From the human T2T-CHM13v2.0 reference genome, Homo sapiens, in assembly GCF_009914755.1 (NCBI RefSeq), contig NC_060930.1: a stretch of 64,000 nucleotides of DNA; one strand, given 5' to 3'. Position 1 is the first letter of the stretch. Every line of letters starts with the position of its first letter. A model generated the notes under the pieces. It was not told where the DNA came from. It searched no databases and was given only the letters and a program-made list of their open reading frames with translations. This document shows, in pieces, positions 41,521 to 54,539 of this stretch. The position numbers were made by a program, and so were the translations under genes.

Positions 41521-42694
41521 AACATTAAGATCTTATTACAGCATGGCTTATACACACGTAAACATACATACACACACAAACAACAGTTTTGGTTTTTATT
41601 TAATCCAAATGTAGTGTTTTACCCACTGAAATTCAGATACGGTGACATTCTAAATGCTAATAACTACGAATTCATAACCCAATAAAAACTGCAAACAATA
41701 CTCAAAGTTTTTCTACTGAGAATTTGGTGTGCCGTTAATGAGACTCTAATTCTTATTTATTTTGGCAGTTCCTTCTTGACGTTACTAAGACATTTTTAAA
41801 CAGTCAAAGCACGTGATACATAACACAACATGTCCATTTATCCTACAATGTCATTAGAAGAGAATCTGAGACTGATAAACTTAATGACAATTAAGGTCAA
41901 TTGGGCATTAAGGGATAAATATAGATAGTTTAGTCAAATGAATCTAGAAATTCTGAGGTTGAGATTGAAGTTTAACGTGCAGTAAGTAAACCTACAAGAG
42001 TTTACGTGTACTAATAATGCTTTTCACACCACAAACTCTGGATGTCAGTGCTCAGATTTCAAATGTGAAAGGAACTAGGAAATTGTCAAAGAATAAGAAC
42101 AAGTATAAGTTGGTTTATTAGAATTTGTTAATGTTATTTTATAAAATGCAAATACATTTCTCAAATCACAACATATAAAATACTGTCTACACTAAGTATT
42201 TAAAATACATAAAGTAGGCTATTTTAAAACCCTAATTGATTTTTTTATTTTAATACTTTTATCCTTCCCATTGGGATAAGATTCATGAGTGGACAGAGAT
42301 ATTAGATGCCTACAGGAAATTGGAGTATCTGTTATATAGGTAAAAGGCGTAGATGTTAGTTGATGAGGAAAAATGAAACGGAGAGTGAGAACATTACGGA
42401 TAAAAAGAAGTTAAAACTGAAATATTTTGTATTTATTTGACCAGACACAAGTGGGAGTTAAAATTGAGTATTGTTAATGTTGAGGAAAAACTGAAACTGT
42501 TCACTTAATTATTCCCAAATGGTTTTCCTCCTGTAATATGCTAATAATGCTATTATAATAATATATTTTAAAAGACAGAAATAAAGTAAGCATTAGTTGA
42601 AAGCTAAGCCTTCTTGTGTTCTCACAGCTTCACCTTGGAGTAAGTCTGGGGAGACATTTTGAAGGAGGTTGTTCCATTCTAAAAGACAGGTAAG

Positions 42695-44085
42695 GGTCCA
42701 GTTTCATTATTCTGCATATGGCTAGCCAGTTATCCCAGCATAATTTATTGAATGGGGTGTGTCCCTTCCCTATTGCACGTTTTTGTTGTCCTTGTCAAAG
42801 ATTAGATTGTTGTAGGTGTGCGGCTTTATTTCTGAGTTTTCCATGCTATCCCATAGGTCTCTTTCACCATATGCAAAAATTTACTCAAGATGGATTAAAC
42901 ATTTAAATGTAAGACCTGAAACTATTAACATAAAAATCCTAGAAGAAAACCTAGGAAATACCTTTCTCAACATCACACTTGGCAAAGAATTTTTGACTAA
43001 GTCTCCAAAAGCAATTGCAACAAAAACAAAAATTGACAAGTGGGACCTAATTAAACTAAAGAGCTTCTGCACAGCAAAAGAAACTATCAACAGAGTAAAC
43101 AGACAACCTACAAAATGGGAGAAAATACTTGCAAACTATCCATCTGACAAATGTCTAATATCCAGAATCTATAAGGAACTTAAACAATTGAAAAAGTGGA
43201 AAATAAGTAACTCCATTAAAAATGGGGCAAAGAACATAAACAGACATTTCTTTAAAGAAGACATACACGTGGCCAACAAACATGAAAAAGTGCTCCAAAT
43301 CACTAAACACCAGAGAAATGCAAACTAAAACCACAGTGAGACACCATCTAACACTAGTCAGAATGGCTATTATTAAAAAGTCAAAAAACATCAGATGCTG
43401 GCAAGGTGCAGAGAAAAGGAAATGCTTACACACTGTTGGTTGGGAATGTAAATTGGTTTAGCCACTGTTGAAAGCAGTTTGGAAATTTCTCAAAGAACTT
43501 AAAATAGAGCTACTATTCAACTCAGCAATCCCAATACTGGGCACATACCCAAATGAAAATAGATCATTATACCAAAAAGACACATGCACTCATGTTTATC
43601 ACACCACTATTCACAATAACAAAGACATGAAATCAACCTAGGTGCTTACCAGTGGTGGATTGAATTTAAAAAAAAAAGGTACATATATACCACGGAATAC
43701 TGCACAGCTGTAAAATAAATAAACAAATAAAAACATGTCCTTTGCAGCATTGTGGATGCAGCTGGAAGCCATAATCCTAACCAAATTAATGCAAGAGCTG
43801 AAAACCAAATACTGCATGTTCTTATTTATAAGTAAGAGCTAAACATTGAGCACACGTGGACATACTCATGGGAACAACAGACACTGCAGGCTACTAGAGA
43901 GGGGAGGGGAGAGGTAGCATGATTGAAAAACTATTTATTGGGTACTATGCTCACCACTTGGGTGATGGGATCTGTACCCCAAACTTTAGCATTATACAAT
44001 ATACCCATATAACAAACTTGCACAGGTACTCCCTCTATCTAGAATAAAAGTTGTAATTTTAATAAATAAATAAAAATATTTAAAA
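42695..44085 (+). mobile_element. L1PB4-type insertion with twin-priming 5' inversion (42695-42860 inverted)
   Basis: Antisense ORF2 piece followed by sense ORF2 (ORF 42816-43328, [27 protein letters not shown]) and 3'UTR. Near-TSD aaagacaggtaag / aaagacagacggtaag. Confidence 0.85.
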
Positions 44086-46648
44086 TGGCTAAAGACAGAC
44101 GGTAAGAAATTTAAATGGAAGTTGAAAGAATTGACTCAAGTTTTCAAATTCAAAAGAACTTTTGGGGTACCATAGACATGTCATCGCTCCTGCTAAATGG
44201 TCATGTCAAGGTAGCTAATAAAAAAGATGTTTTCTGGCTTATTCTATCCACTTTCTGGAAGAAAATTCCAAGACAGATGGCTGAGGCTCATTCTCTTGAT
44301 TCTTGTATAAACAGTATTAGGGCGGAAGAAATTGTACTAGCCTTCTTTTAAGTTGTTTTCTGGCTATGACAGAGTTGGTTCCACCCAGAGTGGTGAGTGG
44401 CAGTCCAACTGGGAGTCTGCAAGGGAACCCCAGTCATCTCTAAGAGAGTGTTTAAATAGGTATAAACAGTCATTATTGGTCCAATCAATATCAATTTAGG
44501 AGTATGGTATTATCACTAAACAAGGGAGATGGTGGACAAAATTAAATAGCTTCCTAGATCCTTCTAAAAATCAATTTCACATTGTGATTTTATTATTATA
44601 TTCAAAGTATAGCAACTTCCCAGAATATTAGACGCAGCTGCAACAAAATGTTCCTATAGAAACACATTGTAAAGTATAAACAGGCAAAGATCTTTGGTAC
44701 TCATGTCACTAAGCACTTTTTCCTTTCATTTTATAATTATAATTATAATATATTTTATGTACAAAGAATTGATTACAAATGGTAGATATAATTTAAGAAC
44801 CTAAATTGTTGTATTTAGCTGTGATATCCTTTTGATCTGGAGATAATGTAACAGAGGAAAATTAATGTGGAGAGCAAGATAGAGTGTGTTCAATTTTGAG
44901 ATCTGCTATTTCAATGGTGTTAAATGGCTGAGAGCATTTTGTGCAGACTTAATAGCTAAGCATTTATTATGGGATATTGATTAGTAATGGCAGAAATCAT
45001 ACATTTATTTTCCTGTTGTGACAATCTGAAAACCACCAGCACTCTATGGCTTGGACTGCATAAAAGACTTGACAACTTTCAAGAGATTCATGTACTAAAA
45101 CACTCTTGTGATTTTTTTCAATTATCTAAATTATGTAAAAAAAACTTAGCATCCTGTTTCGTTTGCCCTTGAATTATTCAGACAATTATGATCATTTATA
45201 ATTGTCTTTGAGGCCTTATTTATTCTTATTTTACAATTACATACATATAAAGTTACTCAGTGGTATACAAGAACTAATCTTTTGCCCTTTGCCTAATAAA
45301 GAGGGTTGGAAAGAGCAGTCATATTGAATATGTCCAGTAGTCAAAATCAGATGCCTCTCAAGATCGTCACCAATATTCAGAAATAATCGTTTTCTGTTTC
45401 ACATACTCCCTGAAGCTCATTAGGCTAGGTCAGCAAGGCCATGGGTTTCATTCCCAACACTACCAACCACGGCAATATATGCCTAACTACATATGGTTAT
45501 TCTCACAGATTGTTTACTATAACTTAAATAAATAACAAGAAATTGTATGAAACTGGGATTTCAAAGTGAAAACATTTCCTCCTAATACTTACACAGAAAT
45601 AAAATGCTCACTAAATATCTATGACTGATTTGTTGTTATTGGGGGTGGTACTGAATTTATTGAAATATGGAACTTTGATTCTAAGCCTATCACAAACCTA
45701 AATATTATCCATTCTAGATGCACCATTTATTTTATCTTATGAACAGTTCCTTGGTCATCACAGTTGAAAATTTACAGCAAAGTGTACATCTAACATCTCA
45801 AAACCAGCAATCTTATTTTAAATATTCTGATTATGCACAAATTATTTCATATCACCCTGCTAGTATTTATAAAATTGAATATCCTGAGTAAAAATTTACA
45901 TGATATATTAGAGGAACATTCAATATATTTAAAATAAATAAGTAATTTCAGCTCCTTCTGAGAAACTTTATCCATGGTACAAGGAGAAAAATAATTGTAC
46001 AATTCTATTTAGCTAGGGTAACCAAAGAGACCTGAGAAACACAGTCAATATGGAATTACTAAATATTTCGTGAGACCCCAGGGAATTATATTTTCACAAG
46101 AACCTAATAGAGCTTCTAAAAAATAGTGAATGGAAAAGTTATCATTGAGAGTTTGATTCTGGGACTGAGACTTGAAGAAGAAAGGAAATCCAATTTAGCA
46201 GGGCATCCCTAAATGGCCAAGAAAAACCCTTCTTCCTCACATCCAGGTTAGACAGAATCAATGTCATGTCATGTTATAGCACTAGACAGTTATTAGTGGA
46301 TGGATACAGCCACAGCTTAGGAAATATTAGTCCCCGCTTACACTGAACTTAACGGCAATCTCTGATTATAGATTTCCAAGGTACACATATATTTTCTTCG
46401 GGCCAGCTACTCTACTCAGAAGCCCTCAACTAAGTCTGTCAATTTTGGGCATACATTACTTTCCTTGCTCTAGAATCCTTCATTCTAAACTTCTCAGATA
46501 ATGGTACCATGCCTTCCATTAATATCAAACTCAATGAAGTCAAAACTTCTACTTTAGGCTATAATCTTGTAGCTAAGAGATTGACCTCTCCATCATGTGG
46601 AAGTTGAAGAGCTTAAGAGATGCCCCTCAAGCATACAGAGTAAGTGGG

Positions 46649-46833
46649 CATGATGGTTAATTTTATGAGTCAATTTGACTGGACTATGAGGTGCCCAGAT
46701 ATTTTGTGACTGTAGGAGTGTTTCTGGTTTACACTAACACTGGTAGACTGAGTAAAGCAGATTGTCCTCATTGTGGGTGCACCTTATCAAGTACATTGGA
46801 AACCTGAATAAAACAAAAAGGTGGAATAAGGGA

Positions 46834-46885
<52 letters not shown>

Positions 46886-47081
46886 AGCCAGGACATCAGT
46901 CTTCTCCTGCCTTCTGCTTGGACATGGACTGGAGCTTACACCATCATCTTCCCTGGTTCTCAGTCCTTCAGACTCAGACTAAAACTATAACTTTGGCTCT
47001 CCTGAATCTCCAGCTTCCTGACTTCAGATCATGGGACAAGAGCTCTTGATTCTGTCTATCTGAAGAAATCAGACTAACATA
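46649..47081 (+). mobile_element. MLT2D-like LTR with (CT)23 at 46839-46884
   Basis: tgatggttaattttatgagtcaatttgactgg...gtgcccagatatt...agactgagtaaagcagattgtcctc. Confidence 0.8.
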
Positions 47082-48879
47082 CTAGGGGAGAGGCAGGAGG
47101 AGAGAGACACTCTGGCACACAGTGTTTTGGCACAAATGGCTGTTCTTTAGAAAAATAAAAATGTGAACATTCTCTGAGAAAATCCTGCAAATTGGTTAAC
47201 CACAAAGGTATTTATAACCTTTCTCCCTTACATCCTTCTACAGAGCATGGAATATTAAAACACCCATCTGCTTATAACTGAGATTGGCCTGGGCTCTACC
47301 CCTACACAAGAAGATGTAATTAGAGTTTTCAGTAGACAGCTTTGGCTAGCTATTGATAGACTATGCATCTTTGGTCCTTTCCCCTTTTCAGCTTTCTTTA
47401 TACTTGAAAATACAGTACTATGTGCTTCCTTACCCTAAGCATGAGAACTATCCACTTAGGACAGGGGAGCAGAAAGGTCGAATGTACATAGGGGCTTGAT
47501 GACATTATAGAGCCACAACAAAGCATTGCACTTACAGGTCTTGCTGGAAGAAATATATAAATTCCTGAGTTACGCCAGCTACTATTAATTAGATTTTCTG
47601 TCACTCACAACCAAAAACATTGCTAAGTGATACCACTCCTTATAAATGCGGTCATTTCTGTAATTTAACACCTAGTACATCTAATTTTACTTTGATAACA
47701 ATTGTTAAAATTATTAATGTTACCAAAAATAAAATAAAATATGATTTAGCATACTTAACCTTCCGCAAAGGCATCTAAACCATGTGATAATTTCACAGAA
47801 AAATCAATTTCTGCAATAATCAAATCTATTCAGCTGCCCTAATACAGTTAAGAAACTCAAAGAATAGATATTGATAGACCAATTGTTGCTTATTGATGTG
47901 AAAGTACAAAACAGCTGAACAACACAGTAAAAGCATATAGTTTAATGGTATAAAGAACGGTTTGTTGATTTATTCAGAGAACACAAGAAGAGTCAGGTAC
48001 CAATGCAAAAAGATTACCAAATAATAAAATTGTAAATAGAGGCCCATTTTACAGAATATAAAAATTATTTGTCAATAAGAGGATCCTACAATCAAAGATA
48101 TTGTGGTAGCTAGACAAAATATTCATGAAGATCAAACCCCAAGCTGTGTCAAACAAAGTAGTCTTTTTAAAAAGCTGGAATTAAAGTAGAATTTTGAGAA
48201 AGTATCTAGGGATATGGATATTATTACTTTGTTTCTATCTAAGAGGCAATTTGGAAAAAACCTATTCATGAGTTTAGTGTCCTTTGTATTTGGTATAATT
48301 TATTTATAGGTAATAATAGTTGGTTCTAAAATGTTGAAAGGTATTTCCTCCACACTTTGGTTTAGGAAATGCATACTAAATTTTTCCAAACCATTTTTGC
48401 TCAAGTAGTCTTTTTGTACAAGGATAATTCAAAGGGAAAAATATCATCCTCTCTTCAAGGGTTCTTCCATTTCGGATTGATGAGAATCAATTAAATGATA
48501 TTTTCTTCCATATATACAGAATGTTATTGTTTTTATTTAGCCAGGTGGAGGACTGTTCCTTATTTGCCTCCATTGCCAATCTTAAAAGATCTGGTTTTTC
48601 TAAGTTCACTCTAATAAGTACTAGACACAGAAAAGTTAGTTAAAACAAAAATATTTATTTCCATAATAAGTATCCATATTCTGGGATTTATTAGTACAAT
48701 TCTCTCTATTATGTGTGTGGGAGGAGGGGAGGAAGACTGGGAGCATAAGCATGACAGCTACGAAAACAAACAGCAAATTCCTGAACCGGTATCCTCATGA
48801 ATTCATTTTTTAAGATTTACATGTTTGTGTGGGCAGGATCAATTTTCTGTCTAAAGAAGACACCTTAGAAATGACTTAG

Positions 48880-49010
48880 CTTTAGCCCATTATTTACATA
48901 TGAAGGAACTGAGGCTGGGAGAAGTAATGTGATTTGCTCAAGGTTTCCTGCCTGCAGAAGCTAGAACTTGAACATGAGCCTCCTGATGTTTGGACTGGTG
49001 CTTTTGTGAT
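48880..49010 (-). mobile_element. MIR fragment
   Basis: tttacatatgaaggaactgaggctgggagaagtaatgtgatttgctcaagg MIR core. Confidence 0.7.
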
Positions 49011-49671
49011 AACATGGCTAACTTGGCTTGGCTTTGTGGTAGCCCAGAAACAAACTGCACTTTCATCTTTTTAACACTAGAGTAGCTATACTGAGAATAG
49101 TTGCTTGCTCCTTTACCTTGATCTTAAATTCCCTTTGTGTTTTTGTTTGGTTAGGTATGTTAAATCGGTCTTTTTATTTAAGTTTCTTCAAATTGTTTAT
49201 AAAAAGGAGCATAATATACGTGTTTTAAAAATAAAATACTTGTAAACTCCCACATATGTGTTTGTAATTTAAAATTGTATAGCAAGGATACATTATCTTT
49301 ACATAAGATCACCTAGGATTAAGTTAGTGTAGCAAATCCTAGTTTGATCTTCTTAATCAGTAAGTAGTCATTATTTATCAGATCTCTATAAACTAAGATA
49401 TGCTTATTTTTTAAAATTTGTGCTTTACACTTACACAGTATTTCCATCTTAAATACATTTATTACTTTTCTAAATTAAAGAAAATGTTGCAGATTTTAAA
49501 ATTTACAAGTCTACATCTAATAAGACAGGTTAGCTAAAAGTATCTATGCCTTTTCAGATCCTAAAACAATGTAGCTATCACTGGTAATCGCCAGAGAGAG
49601 AGACAGAGATATAGAAAAAGAGAGAGACAGAAACAGAACCACATATTTTTAAATTAGCCATATTTGCCAGT

Positions 49672-50034
49672 ATAGACTACATATACTTAACACAAAAATC
49701 GAAATCTAAAGTGCTCCTAAATATGAGTCTCAACATGTTGCCACAAGTGGAAAATTTCATACCTGACCTCATGTAATGAGTTGCAGTCAAAATGCATCAA
49801 AATTTTGTTTCATGCACAAAATTATTAAAATATTGTAGAAAATTACCTTAAGACTATGTGTATGAGGTGTATATGAGAAAGAAATATCTTTTGTGTTTAG
49901 ACTTGGGTCCTATTCCCAAGATATCACATTATGTAAATACACATATTCCAAAATGCAAAAAAAAAAAAAAAAAAAAAAAAATCCAACCTGAATACTTCTG
50001 GTCCCAAGCATTTTGATAAGGAATAGTCAACCTA
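49672..50034. mobile_element. Tigger4/MER46-family (TcMar-Tigger) MITE with internal A-tract expansion
   Basis: gccacaagtggaaaatt...cctgacctcatg...tttagacttgggtcc...cttctggtcccaagcattttgataagg..tcaacct. A25 at 49957-49981. Confidence 0.8.
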
Positions 50035-50784
50035 TAATATAAATAATGCCGTAAGTGTTTAGGACATAAGTGAAAATTTGGGAAAAAAGGACATAAGGAC
50101 ACAATGACAAAGGATCAGCTGCCTGAAATGATGAACTTTTTGTATCATATATCAGCCAAGTAATAACAAAACAGACTAATATTTGAACCTGGGTGTTGAA
50201 ACAGCACTTGGGAGCAGCCTCAACACTGAGCACTAGTGCTATCATAGGAAACAGAGCAATCACAACTAGAGGCAATCTCTTGACATCCATTTAACCTCAT
50301 GCTATTGGCAAAGGAGGACTTGACAAATTTAGAAAGAAGCAATAAAATCCACTGAAGCAGCTAAATTATCTGCTAAGAGACACTGGAAACTACCTAAAAT
50401 GAGGTTATAAAACGGAAATGCATTCCAAATCACCTTGCAGCAGTTTGAAATAAACATTTTCTGCAAAGTTCCCCTGCATTATCTATCCTTACATTTTCAG
50501 CATGCCATTCTTGAGATCCTAAGGCTAGTGTTTGGCTTTCCTAGTCTACATGCTCTTTTAAATTTTTTTTTTTTTGCCTCTACATAAAAATTTATTTTTT
50601 TCTCAAAAAGGTTGTTTTTGTGCTTTAGAACCTTGCCTTTCAGAATATAAGATATCAAAATAAATTTTTATAGTGAATCATATTGAGTCAAATTTTGGTT
50701 GTTCTCTTTCTAATGAAGAAAATGGTGCTTTGATATTATGATGATTCATATCTAGTTGTCTAATAAATGGAGACAAATAGACGG

Positions 50785-51213
50785 ATATATTAGCTGTCTG
50801 CTGTAAAAATAAACTCCGAAATAAACTCAGTGATGTAATATAATAGTATTTATTTCTCGCTGCCCTAGATCATTCCACATATTCATTCAGAAACTCAGGT
50901 TCCCATCTTGTTCCTCTGTCTTTTTGAAGGGTCTTGAAATATTCTGTTAAATTAATAGATGGAGAAAGAGACTACTGGAAACACATACATCTATACTCAC
51001 TTCTTAGCCATTTCTGAAGGGTCTAAAAGTAGCATACATCACTTACCCTCACATTCTATTGGCAGGAACTAATCGCATGTCTCCACTTAGATGTAAGGGG
51101 GCTGGGTGGGAGCTGAAAATATACAGTTTTGGGCTGGCTAGCCACTTCCTAGGGCAAAAGTACTTAATGGAAAGGGGCCACAAATATTAAATAGCTAATA
51201 ATTACTCCATACA
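50785..51213 (-). mobile_element. MLT1J/K-like LTR
   Basis: catcacttaccctcacattctattggcaggaactaatcgcatg...aagggggctggg. Confidence 0.6.
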
Positions 51214-51962
51214 TAATAATTTTATAACAAAATATTTATTTTAACTTTATTAAATATCTGTTACATGGCCTTCCCTAAATTCATATCTGGCTCAACTATG
51301 GTTTCCCCAATAATCCAAAGAATTTAAACCTACACCAGTATTAATGACAACAGCTTTCCTAAGGCCAAGATAGCCTCCTCACAGATCACAGTACTTTTCT
51401 TTTTACATGTTCTCTGTGTTCTGCATTATCTTTATTTGGACAGCTTAAACTTGTCTTTTGTGAATTACACTTTTCCTTAAATCTGACCTTCTGTTTGTAG
51501 CATTCTTGAACCTCTCTAGTTTATATTAATCCATCATTTCTCTCTTTAATGTTATTTTACACCTAACCTTTATCTTGGTTCACTACAGATTTGTTTACAT
51601 GATCATATTACTAATTTGTGGTCAGTGAAAATTATTACTTATATCTCCTATTAGCCTTTCAATTTTCTGGCTGTGTGGATGATATATTAGTATACTAAGT
51701 CAATGCATTCATGAGTGAATTGAATGAATGAATTTAATAAACAAATATGAAGACATAAAGACAGTTCTAACAGCTTAACAGTTAAAAAAGTCTATAAAAT
51801 TATTTCTGAACAGCATGTTGATTTTAATAAGGAGAAATATACACACATATACGTATACACTTACAATAATTTCCTGCCAAGCCAAGTGAACTTAGACACT
51901 ACAGACCTAATTTTTAATTTTAATTACCTTGAGTGCTGCCTGGATTTATTAATATGTGTGTG

Positions 51963-52139
51963 TGATGTAGTTTGAGTATTTGTCCCCTCCAAATCTCATG
52001 TTGACATATGATCCCCAGTGTTGGAAGTGGGGCCTGAAGGGAGGTGTTTGGGTCATGGGGGCAGATCACTCATGAATGAGTTAGTGCCCTCCTTCCAGTA
52101 ATTAGTCCAAGTGAGATCTGGTTATTAAAGAGACTCAGA

Positions 52140-52183
<44 letters not shown>

Positions 52184-52387
52184 CTCCCTCTCTTACCAAA
52201 TGACACACGTGCTACTCCTTTGCCTTCCACCATGAGTGAAAGCTTCCTGAGGCCTCACTGGAAGCTAAGCAGATGCTGGTGCCATGCTTGTACAGCCTGC
52301 AGAACAATGTACCAAATAAAACTCCTTTCTTTATAAATTACCCAATCTCAGTTATTCCTTTATAGCAACACAAAACAGACTACTACA
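51963..52387 (+). mobile_element. MSTB1-type solo LTR with internal (CT)n
   Basis: tgatgtagtttgagtatttgtcccctccaaatctcatg...tttatagcaacacaaaacagactactaca. Confidence 0.85.
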
Positions 52388-53439
52388 ACACATGTACATG
52401 TAGGCACATTTAAACTAAAAATATATGTACAAGTAGGGAAATATATGCTGCTCTTTAAGAGAACACTTTGAGGTTTGGGACTTAATAGAATGACATTTTC
52501 ACGATTAGCTCTAAGTCATGAATGATATAATAAATTTACATTGCTAGAAATAATGTTATCAGTTGCCTTATAGAAATACTGAATTCTAATTGAATGTTAT
52601 ATAATATTAAATCCATATTGGTTATATTTTATTATAAAATGTGTTCACTCAATTTTCTCTTTCCTGAAGAATTTTTCTACTACTTTACCGAATACCTACT
52701 GTATAATAGGGACTTTATACATTTTATACATCCCTGCTCCAAATTTACAATATGTCTATTTTCTGTAGAAGAAAGTTGAAAGCCAGAAATATTTGAAAAG
52801 TTTATTAAATTTTACAACTCCTAAGTGTAGGGAAACAATTCTCTACAATTCCTTTAGATTTCTATAATCAATGAAAAACTGCTTTGTGCTCAGCCCCTAA
52901 GCAAGAAAAGGGAGATCCAGCACCATACTGAACCATTGGGTTTTGGAGACACAACATACCTAACTGGGGAATTCTACTTGAGCCTTTATGTCAGTCATCT
53001 TGAAAACCAGCATTTTTAGGAAGTCTGAGTTGAAAGCTGTCTAGCAAGCTGTGGCATTCTTTCTATCCTCCAGGCCCCACAGCCCTAATGAGCCCTTTAA
53101 GCTCCATGTATTTGTGATTATGCTAATTATAGTCTCTGACAAAGGAAGATGCCTCTTTGGGTATTTGTCACCACTCAGAAGCAGCTATCAAGTAAAACAC
53201 TTTAGAGAGACAGCCATTAGCTTGCTATTGGGTCCTGACCCATATTACCCTTGGGATTCTTTATTTCAATGTTCCCATTTTAAAGTGAGGCAACTGAAAC
53301 TCACCCACTAACAATGTGGCAAAGGCCCAAAAATCCGTGTTTGTTACAAGGAAATAGCATATAAAAGAAAACATGTGATTAGGTCCCAGCAACCCTCAAT
53401 TTTATATGAAATGCAGCAGCTGACTCTTGGGGGAATTTT

Positions 53440-53545
53440 TTTTTTCATTTAAAACTTTTAATTTTTAATTTTTGTGGGTACACAGTTGGTATATATATTT
53501 ATGGGAAATATAGGATATTCTGTTGTAGGCATAAATGTGTAATGT
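53440..53545 (-). mobile_element. L1MA 3'-end fragment
   Basis: tttttaatttttgtgggtacacagttggtatatatatttatggg. Confidence 0.7.
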
Positions 53546-53699
53546 GATTACTCATTGTACATCTGTGGAAAATTTTATTCCCCTCTCCATAATCTGAAGT
53601 GTAGCCACTGTACTCTGAATAGCTGGTCCTGGTTCACTGAAATTTTGGCTATGCTGAGATCCAGTGGTTGGCAACTGAGGCTGGGGCCACTCCGTAAAA

Positions 53700-54260
53700 A
53701 TGGATCTGGTCACTTTGTTCAGTGGAGAAAACTCAAGATCATCCTTATAGCTTTGGCCCATACCCCCATTCATAACCCTGTTGAATTTATCTTCTGGCTC
53801 TTGGGCTGTTGCCAATGGCCAGTCTATTTTTTTCTTCTACTTGAAAAATTACTGGACAATTAAATGCAACCCCTTTGGGGCTGCAAATTGTGGAAATAAA
53901 TTGCTGCTTCTATCAAACCATCTAGTTCACTCATGCAGATGCTTACTAGAGGGGCCTATTCTCTGAAGAAACCAACTGGAATCAAGCTGCTGAATGAGTC
54001 TACACCAGCCAGAATGCCACCATTGCTACCTGGACCTATCATTGCACTAGAAATAGCATCACATCCATCATCATAGTCTGAGCACAATGTAAATGACTTT
54101 ATGTTTCTGATCAGAGTCTATCACTGTATATGCCAGACTTATCACTCCTTTCAAAAGTCAATTCCTTTGGTGGTGAGAAAGACTACATTGAATAGCATGT
54201 TGCCTTCATCCACTCCAGGATGATTCTTTACCAGAATATTTTGACTTTTGATTCAATTTT
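53700..54260 (-). pseudogene. Putative decayed LTR-retroelement (Gypsy/ERV) integrase
   Basis: Minus-strand motifs in integrase order: HPGVD, SHLHCAQ, MIGP..SNG.ILAGVDSFS, LFPQFAAPKGLH, TAQEP..DKFNRVM. Several frames; catalytic residues not recognisable. Confidence 0.35.
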
Positions 54261-54539
54261 TTAAAGTGGCATTTTATGATGACTTGAGGGTTTGCATATT
54301 CTGAGCTATATTTCCAAATCTCTTATTTACTTTATGCATGACTTCAATAAAATCATCTTATATTTTGTTGGCTTGATTTCTACATCTATATATAAAATTT
54401 CTGTAGTGTCCTAAAAAGAAGTGCTGAATACATCAGTATCAGTGATGTTTTAAGAGAAAGAAGGAAGCCATTTATGTTCTACCAGAATGATGATAATGCA
54501 TCCTCTAATAATCTCTAAACAGGGTAGATAAAAAGAATA

